Assembly (NCBI GenBank): GCA_963842945.1
Contig: CAWJIM010000001.1
Coordinates: forward strand, 128,001 to 192,000
From: an uncultured Gemmatimonadales bacterium
Lineage (GTDB): Bacteria > Gemmatimonadota > Gemmatimonadetes > Gemmatimonadales > GWC2-71-9
Length of the DNA: 64,000 bases
Direction of reading: 5' to 3'
Below are positions 36,389 through 46,829 of the stretch, in pieces; the stretch's first letter is position 1; every line of letters begins with the position of its first letter. The position numbers and the translations under genes are program-made. A model generated the notes under the pieces. The model saw only the letters and a list, made by a program, of their open reading frames with translations. It was not told the origin of the DNA and did no database searches.

Positions 36389-37670
36389 CCACCCGCTCAA
36401 TCTCGGCGCCCAGGGCACGCAGCCGCTCATCGATGCGTTCGTACCCCCGCTCGATCTGCCCCACGTTGTGAATGGTGCTGCGACCTTCTGCCGCCAGCGC
36501 CGCGAGCAGCATGGCCATGCCGGCCCTAATGTCGGGCGACTCGACCGTGCCACCTTTGAGAGCCGATGGGCCGGAGATCACGGCGCGGTGGGGATCACAG
36601 AGCACGATGCGTGCACCCATCCCGATGAGCTTGTCCACGAAGAAGAGACGGGACTCGAACATCTTCTCGAACACGAGGAGCATGCCGGAGCACTGCGTGG
36701 CCGAGACGATCGTGGTGGACATCACATCCGCCGGGAAGGCAGGCCAGGGGCCGTCCTCCAGCTTGGGGACGTGCCCTCCCAAGTCTGGCCGGATTCGCCG
36801 CTCCTGTCCCGCACTTACGGTGAGCCGCGTCCCCTCCACCCGGGGCCGAATGCCCAGCCGCTCGAATCCTAGAATGGTGCTGCGCAGGTCTTCGGAGCGG
36901 ACCGGCTCGATGACGAGGTCGCCATTGGTCACGGCGGCCAGCCCGATGAAGCTTCCAATCTCGATGTGATCCGGACCGATGGTATAGCTGGTGCCATGCA
37001 GCGGCCGGCCGCCTTCGATGGTGTAGATGTTCGAACCGATGCCGGCGATTTCGGCGCCCATGGCCACCAGCGCCCGCGCTAGATCCTGCACGTGCGGCTC
37101 GCAGGCGGCATTGCGCAGCACGGTTCGGCCTTTCGCCATCACTGCCGCCATGAGGGCGTTCTCGGTTCCGGTGACGCTCGGCTCATCGAGGAAGATGTCC
37201 TCTCCCTTGAGTTGCTTGGCCTCGAGCTCGTAACGATCCCCGACCATGACCGAAGCCCCGAGATGTTCCAGGGCCAGAAAATGGGTGTCCACCCGCCGTC
37301 GGCCGATGACGTCACCACCGGGAGGTGGCATCGTCACCTGGCCGAATCGTGCCAGCAGCGGTCCGGCGAGCAGGATCGATGCGCGGATCTTGGCACACAG
37401 CGCCGGGTCCAGCGCCTTGGGTTTGACGCTTCGCGTGTCCACTCGAACCGAATTGGGACCGGTCCAGTCAGCGGCGGCGCCGAGATCGACCAGAAGCGCC
37501 AGCATCGTCTCGACGTCGCGAATGCGGGGGATATTGTCGAGATCGACCGGACCGTCGGCCAGCAAGGTGGAGGCAAGGATCGGCAGCGCGGCGTTCTTGT
37601 TGCCGGCGGGACGGACGGTTCCCTTCAGCGGACGACCGCCGTGGACCAGAAAACGTGGAGGCATGGCCAA
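36381..37670 (-). CDS. murA: UDP-N-acetylglucosamine 1-carboxyvinyltransferase
   Basis: GNKNAALP, IRASILLAGPLL, PGGDVIGRR, SVTGTEN, DIRAG, IERGYE. Confidence 0.96.
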   Translation of the reverse strand: MAMPPRFLVHGGRPLKGTVRPAGNKNAALPILASTLLADGPVDLDNIPRIRDVETMLALLVDLGAAADWTGPNSVRVDTRSVKPKALDPALCAKIRASILLAGPLLARFGQVTMPPPGGDVIGRRRVDTHFLALEHLGASVMVGDRYELEAKQLKGEDIFLDEPSVTGTENALMAAVMAKGRTVLRNAACEPHVQDLARALVAMGAEIAGIGSNIYTIEGGRPLHGTSYTIGPDHIEIGSFIGLAAVTNGDLVIEPVRSEDLRSTILGFERLGIRPRVEGTRLTVSAGQERRIRPDLGGHVPKLEDGPWPAFPADVMSTTIVSATQCSGMLLVFEKMFESRLFFVDKLIGMGARIVLCDPHRAVISGPSALKGGTVESPDIRAGMAMLLAALAAEGRSTIHNVGQIERGYERIDERLRALGAEIERVDG

Positions 37671-37816
37671 AGCTGACGCCGCCGTGTAGGCGCGTCAAGC
37701 CGAGGCAAGGGGGTTGCGGTCATGCCGCGGCGGCTTTGTATTAGCGTGATGGGCTATGGGCGGTCCACAGGTCGCATCCGAGCAGTTCGTGAGCCTTCCC
37801 CGGAGGTAACTGGCGT

Positions 37817-38296
37817 ATGATGACTCTCGCACTGGCGCAGGTCGGCGCATCCCAGGAGTGGGTAGGGCCGGTCGCTGCGATCTCGCTGGCCGTTCTGGCA
37901 CTGTCATTTCTGGGCCTGGCGGTGGCCGTCGCGGTGGCAGCCTTCAAGGTCGCCGGGCAGGTCCGCAAGGTGAGCACTCTAGTCGACGGGCTGCAGGACG
38001 ACGTGGCCCGCACCCTGAAATCCCTGCGCCGCCTGACCGAGCAGGGCCAGGATCTTATGGTGCTGGTGCGGCACGAAGCAGGTGCCTTTGCCCAGACCGC
38101 GCGCCGCCTCCGCCGCAAAACCGTTCGGGCAGCCGACCGGATCGAGGTCAAGCTGGAGGAGCTGGAGACCCTGTACGACGTGGTCCATGACGAAGTGGAA
38201 GGCGCGGCCCTGGATGCCGCCGCCGCGCTTCGCTCGGTCCGCCGGGGGAATGGCATGCTGGGACGGGTCCGGCGCTTCCTGGTGCCGAGTCGCTGA
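37817..38296 (+). CDS. Hypothetical membrane-anchored coiled-coil protein (DUF948-like)
   Basis: One TM then amphipathic helix; SD GGAGGT. Confidence 0.7.
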   Translation: MMTLALAQVGASQEWVGPVAAISLAVLALSFLGLAVAVAVAAFKVAGQVRKVSTLVDGLQDDVARTLKSLRRLTEQGQDLMVLVRHEAGAFAQTARRLRRKTVRAADRIEVKLEELETLYDVVHDEVEGAALDAAAALRSVRRGNGMLGRVRRFLVPSR

Positions 38297-39258
38297 TGAC
38301 GTTGTCACGCCTCTCGCTCGCCTGCGCGGGCGTGGGGCTGCTTTTCCTGCTGCTTCCGCCCGAGGTGTACGCCTGGACTCCAGGAACCCACATCTACCTG
38401 GGCGAATCGGTCCTGGCCAATCTTCCCCACTTACCGGCCGCTGTGGCCGATCTCCTGCGGGCGTTTCCCTTCGATTTTCTGTACGGCAACATCGCCGCTG
38501 ATTCGTCCATCGCGAAGCATTACGCCCCGCTCGGCCGGCACTGCCACTACTGGCATGTGGGCCAGGAGATTCATGATCTGGCGCCGAGCGACGCGCTTCG
38601 AGCGTTTGGGCTGGGCTACCTGAGTCATCTGGCAGCCGACACCATCGCCCACAACTACTTCGTACCCCGCCAGCTGATGCTCACCAGCAGCACGGCCGCA
38701 GTGGGTCACTCCTATTGGGAAACCCGGGTCGAAGCGCACCTGGGCGACGCCTACGCCCGCGCGGCCAAGGACGTGATTCTGCTGGACCATGCGCCGGCTG
38801 ATGCGCATCTCGATCGAATCATTGCACCCACCATCTTCAGTGTGCGTACCAACCGCCGCCTGTTCCGAGGCATGGTCCATCTCACCGAGACGACCAGCTG
38901 GCAGCGGGCCAGTCAGGTGGCCCGGGAGTACAGCCGCTGGCCTTTGACGGATGAGGATGTTGAAGGCCACTTGGGACTCTCCTTCGATTTCATGATGGAG
39001 CTGCTCACCGAGTCCGTCTCGTCGGCCCGGCACCTTGACCCATCGGGAGAGCGGCCGTTGAAGACGGCGAAGGAAATGCGGCGGCGGGTCATTCGCGAGG
39101 CGGGCCGGCGGGACACCACTGAGCTGCAAGAGGCCGCGAACGAACACTTCGGGCTCCCCCAGCGGCCCCTCGTGTTCTGGAGCAGGATCTCCCAGAAGCT
39201 TCCCTGGCGCGCGCCCGAAGGCAGCGCGCCGTCCCCCAAGAAACTCGTGAGCGGTTGA
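38296..39258 (+). CDS. Zinc-dependent phospholipase C-family protein
   Basis: Signal VYA-WTPGTH, FLYGNIAAD, GYLSHLAADTIAH, HSYWE. Confidence 0.82.
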   Translation: MTLSRLSLACAGVGLLFLLLPPEVYAWTPGTHIYLGESVLANLPHLPAAVADLLRAFPFDFLYGNIAADSSIAKHYAPLGRHCHYWHVGQEIHDLAPSDALRAFGLGYLSHLAADTIAHNYFVPRQLMLTSSTAAVGHSYWETRVEAHLGDAYARAAKDVILLDHAPADAHLDRIIAPTIFSVRTNRRLFRGMVHLTETTSWQRASQVAREYSRWPLTDEDVEGHLGLSFDFMMELLTESVSSARHLDPSGERPLKTAKEMRRRVIREAGRRDTTELQEAANEHFGLPQRPLVFWSRISQKLPWRAPEGSAPSPKKLVSG

Positions 39259-40208
39259 CCGCTGAGGTCTTCAACTTCGGACGGCCGACGACAAACCATC
39301 ACGCGGGCACTCCCTCACTGGAGTGCCCTCGGAATCGCGCTCTGCTGTCTGAGCCCAGGATGGATTTACGCCCAGGATTCTCTCCCCCCGTCCCGGCTGA
39401 GTCACTGCCCCGATTCAGCATCGACGCTGAGACCGGGCTTACCGAAGGCAGCCTTGGCTGGATCAGGGTGACTCCCGCCACAGGTATCACGCTGAATGGA
39501 GCAGAGGCGGCAGGCGAACCGCTGCACTTCGAGCCGGCCGGAGCGAACAGCCTTCGGGCGCTCGTTGGAGTGCCGGTCGAGGCTGGGGATTCGTTCGGCG
39601 TCTCGCTGTTCCTGCAGGGGACGGATTGGAGTGACACCGCACTGGCATACCTGCCGGTGCGCCGGAGCGGATATCCCAGTGAGGTGCTGAAAGTGGCGCC
39701 GGGCTTCGTCAAACCCGACAGTGCCGCGGCGGCCCGGATCCAGTCAGAGATCCTGAAGAGTCGCGCGGTCTCGAGTCGCTCTCAGTCGCGGACCCGGCTC
39801 TGGGCTGGGCCATTTCGGTTGCCGCGGTCCAGCCGCATAACCAGTCCCTTTGGAACCGCGCGCGTCTTCAACGGTGAGGTGCAGAGCCGTCACCTCGGGA
39901 CCGACTTTGCCGGTGCGGTGGGAGAGCCGGTCCTTGCCGCCGGACGGGGGGTTGTGGCGCTGGTGGCAAACTTCTATCTGGCGGGCGGGACCATCTACCT
40001 GGATCACGGCGGCGGGCTAGTCACGGCCTACTTTCATCTCAGCCGGGCGTACGTGCGACAAGGGCAGATGGTGCGGGCTGGGCAGCGCATCGGCGCTGTG
40101 GGCAGGAGCGGACGGGTAACGGGGCCGCATCTCCATTGGGTTGCTCGATACGGCACCATCTCGGTCGATCCGATGAGCCTGCTCCAGATCTTCCCGGTCG
40201 GGCCCTAG
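39255..40208 (+). CDS. M23 family metallopeptidase
   Basis: HLGTDF, YLDHGGG, YFHLS, TGPHLHW; start may be ATG 39360. Confidence 0.9.
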   Translation: MTAEVFNFGRPTTNHHAGTPSLECPRNRALLSEPRMDLRPGFSPPVPAESLPRFSIDAETGLTEGSLGWIRVTPATGITLNGAEAAGEPLHFEPAGANSLRALVGVPVEAGDSFGVSLFLQGTDWSDTALAYLPVRRSGYPSEVLKVAPGFVKPDSAAAARIQSEILKSRAVSSRSQSRTRLWAGPFRLPRSSRITSPFGTARVFNGEVQSRHLGTDFAGAVGEPVLAAGRGVVALVANFYLAGGTIYLDHGGGLVTAYFHLSRAYVRQGQMVRAGQRIGAVGRSGRVTGPHLHWVARYGTISVDPMSLLQIFPVGP

Positions 40209-41653
40209 CGCGAAGACTCGCTCTGCGCAGTTTGCCGCAGCCGCTCCTGTAACAGAGGCTGAACCGCCTTCGGATCGGCCTTGCCCTTACTGCGCTTCAT
40301 CACCTGGCCCACGAAGAAGGCCATCAGCTTGCTTTCCCCGTTGCGAAACCGGCTGACTTCGCCCGGATGCGCGGCCAGCACTGCGTCCACCCATCCGGTG
40401 AGGGCGCTCTCGTCGCTCACCTGAACCAAGCCTAGTCGTTCCGCCGCGGCCGCCGGATCTTCAGTGGCGCTCAGGGCCAGCTCGGCGTACACCCGCTTGG
40501 CGGCCTGATGGCTCAATGCACCGTCACGAATGAGAGCAATGAGACGGGCCAGCCGTTCCGGAGAGACCGGGAACTCGCCGCGCTCATTATAGGTCGTCAT
40601 CACATCGCCCATGATCCAGTTGGCTGCGGTCTTGGGATCGACTCCCGCCCGCACCACCGATTCAAAGAACTGCGACAGCTCGGGCTCGCTGGTGATCACC
40701 CGGGCGTCATAGGCCGGAAGGGCATACTCGGTTTCCAATCGTGTTCGCTTGGCTTCGGGAAGCTCGGGAAGCGCAGCGCGTTGTTCGTCGATCCACGCCG
40801 GCGAAAGCACGAGGGGTGGCAGATCTGGGTCGGGGAAATAACGGTAGTCGTGACTCTCTTCCTTCGACCGGGTGGGCTTCACCTGGCCTGTTCCCGCGTT
40901 GAACAAGAGCGTCACCTGCTCCACCCGTTGGCCGGATTCCACCAGAGCAATCTGCCGGGCGCGTTCCGCCTCCAGCGCCCGCTCGACGTTGGCGAAGGAG
41001 TTCATGTTCTTCACTTCGGTCTTGGTTCCGAGACGTGGGTCGCCCGGCCGGCGGATGGAAATGTTGGCATCGACTCGGAGGCTTCCCTGCTCCATGCTGC
41101 AGTCGCTCACGCCGGCGTATACCAGGATCTGCCGAAGGGTAGTCAGGTAGGCTCTGGCCTCGGCCGGGGAACGCAGGTCCGGCTCACTCACGATCTCGGC
41201 TAGCGGAATGCCCGCTCGGTTCAGATCCACGGCGGTTTTCCCGGGGTAGCGGTCGTGCAGCAGCTTGCCTGCGTCCTCCTCCAAGTGAAGCCGGGTGATA
41301 CCAACCCGCATTCGACCCCGCTCAGTAACCTCGAAGCTCACACTGCCTCCCGTCGCCAGCGGCTTGTCGAACTGGGAGATCTGGTAGCCCTTGGGCAGGT
41401 CAGGATAGAAATAGTTTTTGCGGGCGAAAACGCTGGTCTGGTGTACAGTGCAGCCCAGTGCCAAGGCGGCCTGGGTTGCCAGGCGAATTGCCTCGGCGTT
41501 CGGTACCGGCAGCGCACCAGGCAGGCCGAGACAGACCGGGCACACGTTGGTATTCGGAGGATCACCGAATGTGGTCCGGTTTGCGCAGAACATCTTGGTG
41601 CGAGTGCGGAGCTGCACGTGCACTTCCAGGCCAATCACCGTTTCCCATGCCAT
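40205..41653 (-). CDS. gatB: Asp/Glu-tRNA amidotransferase subunit B
   Basis: IGLEVHVQL, RKNYFYPDLPKGYQISQ, DYRYFPDPDLP. Confidence 0.98.
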   Translation of the reverse strand: MAWETVIGLEVHVQLRTRTKMFCANRTTFGDPPNTNVCPVCLGLPGALPVPNAEAIRLATQAALALGCTVHQTSVFARKNYFYPDLPKGYQISQFDKPLATGGSVSFEVTERGRMRVGITRLHLEEDAGKLLHDRYPGKTAVDLNRAGIPLAEIVSEPDLRSPAEARAYLTTLRQILVYAGVSDCSMEQGSLRVDANISIRRPGDPRLGTKTEVKNMNSFANVERALEAERARQIALVESGQRVEQVTLLFNAGTGQVKPTRSKEESHDYRYFPDPDLPPLVLSPAWIDEQRAALPELPEAKRTRLETEYALPAYDARVITSEPELSQFFESVVRAGVDPKTAANWIMGDVMTTYNERGEFPVSPERLARLIALIRDGALSHQAAKRVYAELALSATEDPAAAAERLGLVQVSDESALTGWVDAVLAAHPGEVSRFRNGESKLMAFFVGQVMKRSKGKADPKAVQPLLQERLRQTAQSESSR

Positions 41654-43083
41654 CAGCGGACCTCTGCCTCGGCGGGAATGGCGCGCTCCAGCGCCGCCGC
41701 AGCGGCCAGGAGCCGCTCCTCTTCGAATGCAGGGGCAATGAGCTGGGCGCCGATGGGAAGCCCCTCGCTCCGGCCGGCCGGGATACTCACCGCTGGCAAA
41801 CCGGCCAGGTTGATGGGGCAGACGAAGATGTCGGCCAGGTACATGGCCACCGGGTCGCCCGTCTTCTCCCCAGCCTTGAAAGCAGGCGTTGGTGTGGTGG
41901 GAGTGAGCAACAGATCTACCCCGGCTGCGAAGGCACGCCGAAAATCCTCGGCGATGAGGGATCTCACCCGCTGGGCTTTCCGGTAGTACGCGTCGTAGTA
42001 TCCGGCGCTCAGTACATAGGTGCCCACCAGAATCCTCCGCTGGACTTCGGCTCCGAACCCCGCTCCCCGAGTGGCGCGGTAGAGCGACCGGATGTCGCCC
42101 TCTGGACCGATCTGACGGAGCCCGTAGCGTACTCCATCGTAGCGCGCCAGATTGGCCGCCGCTTCGGCGGGAGCGATGATGTAGTACGTCGGGACGGCAT
42201 AAGCCGAATGAGGGAGTGAGACCTCTCGGATCTCAGCGCCCAGCTCGCGGGCGAGTTCAATGGTACGGGTGAGCGCCGCTGCAACTCCCTTGTGGAGATC
42301 GGCCGGGAAGTACTCCCGAGGGAGACCAACGGTGACGCCGCGAAGGTCCTGCCGCGGCTGGGGCGCCCGCATGGGCGGCCGATCTACCGTAGTGGCATCG
42401 AGCGGGTCAGGGCCGCTGATCACGCTCAGCACCCGGCCCGCGTCCTCCACCGTGCGGCCGAACACCGAGATACAATCCAGTGACGAGCCGAATGCTACCA
42501 GGCCATACCGGCTCACCCTCCCATAGCTCGGCTTGATCCCCACCACGCCGCAGAAACTGGCCGGCTGGCGCACCGAGCCGCCGGTCTCCGAGCCCAGCGA
42601 CGCGGGAACCACACCCGCGGCAACCAACGCCGCCGATCCTCCGGATGATCCGCCCGGCACGCGAGTGGGGTCCAGCGGATGTTTTACCCGGCCAAACGCC
42701 GAGTGCTCGGTGGATGAGCCCATGGCGAATTCATCCATGTTGCTCTTGATCCCGAGTAGCGCGCCGGCGCTGCGCAGCCGCTCGACCGCCGTCGCATTGA
42801 AGGGAGATCGGTACCCCTCAAGGATCCGTGAGGCGCAGGTGCTCGGCTGCTCCACCGTGACGATGTTGTCCTTGAGCGCGATCGGCATTCCAGCCAGGGG
42901 ACCCGGCTCCGCCATCGCATCTACCCGGGCCGCCTCGGAGTCGAGCAGCTCCTGCGACCAGTCCAGGGTTGCATTGAGCGATTGAGCCGCCGCCAGCCGC
43001 TTGCCGGTCTCTGCGGCCACAAGAGCTGCCCGTCCACCCGCAAGCGGGTACCCGCCCCGCTGCGGCGCTGTGCTGCGCGTCAT
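41653..43083 (-). CDS. gatA: Asp/Glu-tRNA amidotransferase subunit A
   Basis: NMDEFAMGSSTE, PGGSSGGS, TGGSVRQPAS, NLARYDGVRYG. Confidence 0.97.
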   Translation of the reverse strand: MTRSTAPQRGGYPLAGGRAALVAAETGKRLAAAQSLNATLDWSQELLDSEAARVDAMAEPGPLAGMPIALKDNIVTVEQPSTCASRILEGYRSPFNATAVERLRSAGALLGIKSNMDEFAMGSSTEHSAFGRVKHPLDPTRVPGGSSGGSAALVAAGVVPASLGSETGGSVRQPASFCGVVGIKPSYGRVSRYGLVAFGSSLDCISVFGRTVEDAGRVLSVISGPDPLDATTVDRPPMRAPQPRQDLRGVTVGLPREYFPADLHKGVAAALTRTIELARELGAEIREVSLPHSAYAVPTYYIIAPAEAAANLARYDGVRYGLRQIGPEGDIRSLYRATRGAGFGAEVQRRILVGTYVLSAGYYDAYYRKAQRVRSLIAEDFRRAFAAGVDLLLTPTTPTPAFKAGEKTGDPVAMYLADIFVCPINLAGLPAVSIPAGRSEGLPIGAQLIAPAFEEERLLAAAAALERAIPAEAEVR

Positions 43084-43379
43084 GGGTCCTCCATGGCACC
43101 GTGCCTGGGCACCAGGAAGAAGCCATCCTTGAACTCGGGAGCAAGCTCCGCCGGGGTGCGCGCCAGGGGCACTGCGCCTTCGACGTCCTCCCGGAGCGGG
43201 AGCGCGGAAGGTCCCGGCAGAAATGGCTCGGCCATGCGATCTGCCGGCACCTCGTCGAGCTGCGCGACATAGTCGACGATCCGGTTCAGCTGTTCTACCA
43301 AACGCTCAAGCTCGGGCTCCGGCACCGCCAGCTCTGCCAGCTTGGCCACGTGCAGCACCTCATCTCGGCGGATCGTCAT
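43080..43379 (-). CDS. gatC: Asp/Glu-tRNA amidotransferase subunit C
   Basis: EVLHVAKLAEL, LRED, FFLVPR. Confidence 0.93.
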   Translation of the reverse strand: MTIRRDEVLHVAKLAELAVPEPELERLVEQLNRIVDYVAQLDEVPADRMAEPFLPGPSALPLREDVEGAVPLARTPAELAPEFKDGFFLVPRHGAMEDP

Positions 43380-45669
43380 GCACTCTCCCAGTCGCGTTCC
43401 AGCCCGGCATAGGCCACCAGCAGCTGCTTCACACCAACTTCCTGGTCATCGAATGCCACCGACACCTTGAGATCGCGCCCGGTGCCGATGAGTCCCTGAA
43501 TCGTGCCGCTGCCGAAGCGCCGGTGCCGGACCCGTTCGCCCTTCACGTAACGCGGTGTATCCTGTGAGGCTTCTTCGTCAGCAGGGACGGCGGGGCAGCG
43601 GGGCCGCGGGGCCATTGGTTCCTGTTCCGATGCGTGCTCCTCCCCGATCCCACTGCCCCGCCGCCCCGCGCGCCCCGCTGCCTCGCTGACCAATCCGGCG
43701 CCCACAGCGACGTCGTCCGCCGTTCTTCCACGATGCCCGGCGGTAGGGCCTTTAGAAAGCGGGATGCTATTCCGGGGCGGAGCTCGCCGCCTCGCCGCCG
43801 AGCCCGGGCCCAGGTCAGGTAGAGCTTGTCCTTGGCCCGGGTGAGGCCCACGTAGCAGAGCCTGCGCTCCTCCTCCAGCCCACTGGGTTGTTCCTCCGCG
43901 CGGGCCAGCGGAAACAGTCCGTGCTCCATGCCGCTCATCACCACCACCGGCCACTCGAGACCCTTCGCGGTGTGCAGCGTCATGAGGGTCACCCCCTCCT
44001 CTTGGCCCACGACCGTATCGGCCGATGAGAGCAGCGCGGCTTCCGCCAGGAACCGCTCGAGTGGAGTCCCTGACTCCTCATCTTCCGTCGGAGCTTCCTC
44101 GGACCAGTTCGCGGCGCTGGCCACCAGCTCGCGGACATTTTCCCAGCGGTCGGCCCCTTCCGGTCCTTCAGCCAGGAGCATGTTCTCGTAATTGATGGTC
44201 CGGATGATATGCTCCAGCAAATCGGCGGGCGGAAGGTGCTGCATTTGTGCCGCTCCATCGATCAGCGCGGCAAAGGCGCGGAATGCTTCCCGGAGACTGG
44301 GCCGCAAGTCCGGAATGCGATCAGCAATGCGAGCAGTGTCCAGCAGCGGTTTGCCCCACTGAGTGGCATGCCGATCCAGTGTGGCCAGACTGGTTTCTCC
44401 CAGGCCACGGCGGGGGACTCCGACGGCTCGAAGAAACGCTTCGTTGTCCGCGGGATTGGCGATCAGGCGAAGGTACGCCAGCAAATCCTTCACTTCCCGC
44501 CGCTCGTAAAAGCTGATGGCGCCGATCAAACGGTAGGGCACCCCGGCTCGCCGAAAGGCTTCTTCCAACGCGCGCGACTGGGAATTGGTGCGGTAGAGCA
44601 CGGCCATCTCGTTATACGACCAGTCCGAGGCGGTGCTTCGTTTCTGCAGCTCGCGAACCACCCACTCCGCCTCGTCCCGCTCGTCTGCCGCTGCAACCAG
44701 CGTTACCGTCTCACCACCGCGGCGTCTGGTCGTAAGTGTTTTCCCGATTCGCCCGCTGTTCTCCGCGATTACCCCGTTCGCCGCATCCAGCACGATCTGG
44801 GTCGAACGGTAGTTCTCCTCCAGGCGGATCAATTTGGCTCCGGGGAAATCCTTGAGAAAATCCTGCATGTTCCGGACGTCCGCGCCTCGCCAGCCATAGA
44901 TGGACTGATCGTCATCGCCCACCGCGCACACGTTGCCGTGCGAGCCGATCAGGCGGATGAGCTCGTACTGTGCTCGATTGGTGTCCTGGAACTCGTCTAC
45001 CAGAACGAAGCGAAACCGGTTCTGGTACGTCCGGAGGCGTTCGGGGTGCTCGCGGAAGAGCCTCAGTGGATGGAGCAGAAGGTCGTCGAAGTCCATGGCG
45101 TTCGCCGCCTTCAGGGCCGGCCCCAGAGCCCCGTACACCTCGGCCGATACCTGAGCCAGTCGATCGAAGCTGGCCCCGTTGGCCAGATCGGCCGGTGCCA
45201 CCATCCGGTTCTTGGCCGCGGAAATGACGGACTGCACCGCCCGGGGCGGGAACAGTTTGGTCGAGTGCCCCTGCTGATCCATCAGCCGGCGGATCAGACT
45301 CAGCCGGTCATCCTCATCGTAGATGGTGAACTGGCGGGTAAAGCCCAGCAGCTCCGCCTCCCGCCGCAAAATCCGGGCGGAGAGGGAGTGAAAGGTGCCG
45401 ATCCACAGACCGGATGGGTCGCGGTTCAGCAACCGCCCGATCCGATGCTTCATTTCCCCGGCGGCTTTGTTGGTGAAGGTTACCGCGAAGATGCGGTCGG
45501 GAGGCACGCCGTGCCGATCGATCAGCGCGGCGATGCGCATGGTCAGGACCCGCGTCTTGCCGGAGCCAGCCCCAGCCAGGACCAGCAGTGGTCCCTCGAC
45601 GTGCTCCACCGCTTCCCGCTGGGCAGGATTCAGCGCGGGCTCGAGTCCCGTGGGCGAAGCTTCGATCAC
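43376..45669 (-). CDS. uvrD: UvrD/PcrA SF1 helicase (frameshift before C-terminal Tudor-like domain)
   Basis: AGAGSGKT, TFTNKAA, DEFQDTN, NYRST, LHTAKGLE, EERRLCYVG; RVRHRRFGSG in second frame. Confidence 0.95.
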
Positions 45670-46829
45670 GTCTCCCGTCCCGCGAGCGGCACTCGAATCG
45701 AAAAACAGGTTCCCCGCTCCACCGATTCCAGCATCAACACGCCTTGGTGGGCGTCTTCCACCACCCGGCGCGAGAGCGCCAGCCCGATTCCCCACCCTCC
45801 CCGCTTGGTGGTAATGCCGGGCTCGAACAGCGTCCGGCGCAGCTCCTTGGCCACCCCAGGCCCATCATCGATGACTCGAATGATTCCCATATGATCCTCG
45901 GCTCCGATCCGCAGGATAATCGTACCGGGCCGGCCTTGCAGCGCATCAATTGCATTCTTCACCAATGATTCCAGCGCCCACTCCAACAGCACCGGATCGC
46001 CCAGAACCGTGGGGCCCACTCCTGCGGCCTCCACCCGGAGCTCGATCATGTTGGCATGTCGCGGCAGCCTGGGGCGGAAATAGCCAGCGACCCGGTCGGC
46101 CAGAGCTCCCAGCCCGATTGGCTCGCGCTTGGCCGGGTTTCCGATTCGCTCGAAGCGTTGCGCGACCCGATCGAGGCGTTCGGCATCAGCCGAAAGGTGA
46201 TCGGCCAGCCCGGGAGGTGGCGTGGCATGGGAACGAACTCGCTCGATCCATCCCTGCAAACTGGTCAGCGGGGTGCCCATCTGATGGGCGGCTTCCCGCG
46301 CCATCGCAACCCACAGCCGGTCGCGCTGGGCCGACATGGCGCTCCGGTAGGCAAATACCGCCACCGCCACCATGACCGCGATGGTGAGCCCCTGCAGCAC
46401 CGCCAGCGCAATCAGATTGCGCTGGGCCGGCAGCGGCCCGTAGTGCACCGTACCGATGGCCTCATCGCTGATGGGCGGGTTCTGCCGGTCGAGCCGTGCG
46501 GCGTAGCCTTTGACCCGCGGATCATCCAGGGGCGCCTCGAATGGCAAATTTGCCGCCGCTGTAACCCGTCCCGTCCGGTCGGTTACCACAAGCGGGAGTC
46601 CGAGCGATCGCACCTGTTCGCCCAGACGGAGTAACGCTTCGGCTTCGGCTCCGGCCCGGGGATTGTTCAAGCCGCCGAATACACCGGAGTAGAGCCGGCT
46701 CGTAGCCGTGGCATCGGCTTGGAAGTGGCGGAAGATCAGAATTCCGGTACCCAGACTCAGCGCGGCGAGCAGTGCTACCAGCGCCGCCACCATGGTGGGG
46801 GCCAGTCGCTGCAGCCGGTCGCTACGCAC
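45666..46829 (-). CDS. Membrane sensor histidine kinase
   Basis: Two TMs, AHQMGTPL H-box, LVKNAIDA, DDGPG, GWGIGL. Confidence 0.92.
   Translation of the reverse strand: MRSDRLQRLAPTMVAALVALLAALSLGTGILIFRHFQADATATSRLYSGVFGGLNNPRAGAEAEALLRLGEQVRSLGLPLVVTDRTGRVTAAANLPFEAPLDDPRVKGYAARLDRQNPPISDEAIGTVHYGPLPAQRNLIALAVLQGLTIAVMVAVAVFAYRSAMSAQRDRLWVAMAREAAHQMGTPLTSLQGWIERVRSHATPPPGLADHLSADAERLDRVAQRFERIGNPAKREPIGLGALADRVAGYFRPRLPRHANMIELRVEAAGVGPTVLGDPVLLEWALESLVKNAIDALQGRPGTIILRIGAEDHMGIIRVIDDGPGVAKELRRTLFEPGITTKRGGWGIGLALSRRVVEDAHQGVLMLESVERGTCFSIRVPLAGRET

Noticed and set aside
43376..43954. Separate 192-aa ORF after uvrD
   Set aside because: Contains the UvrD/PcrA C-terminal domain; a single frameshift explains it
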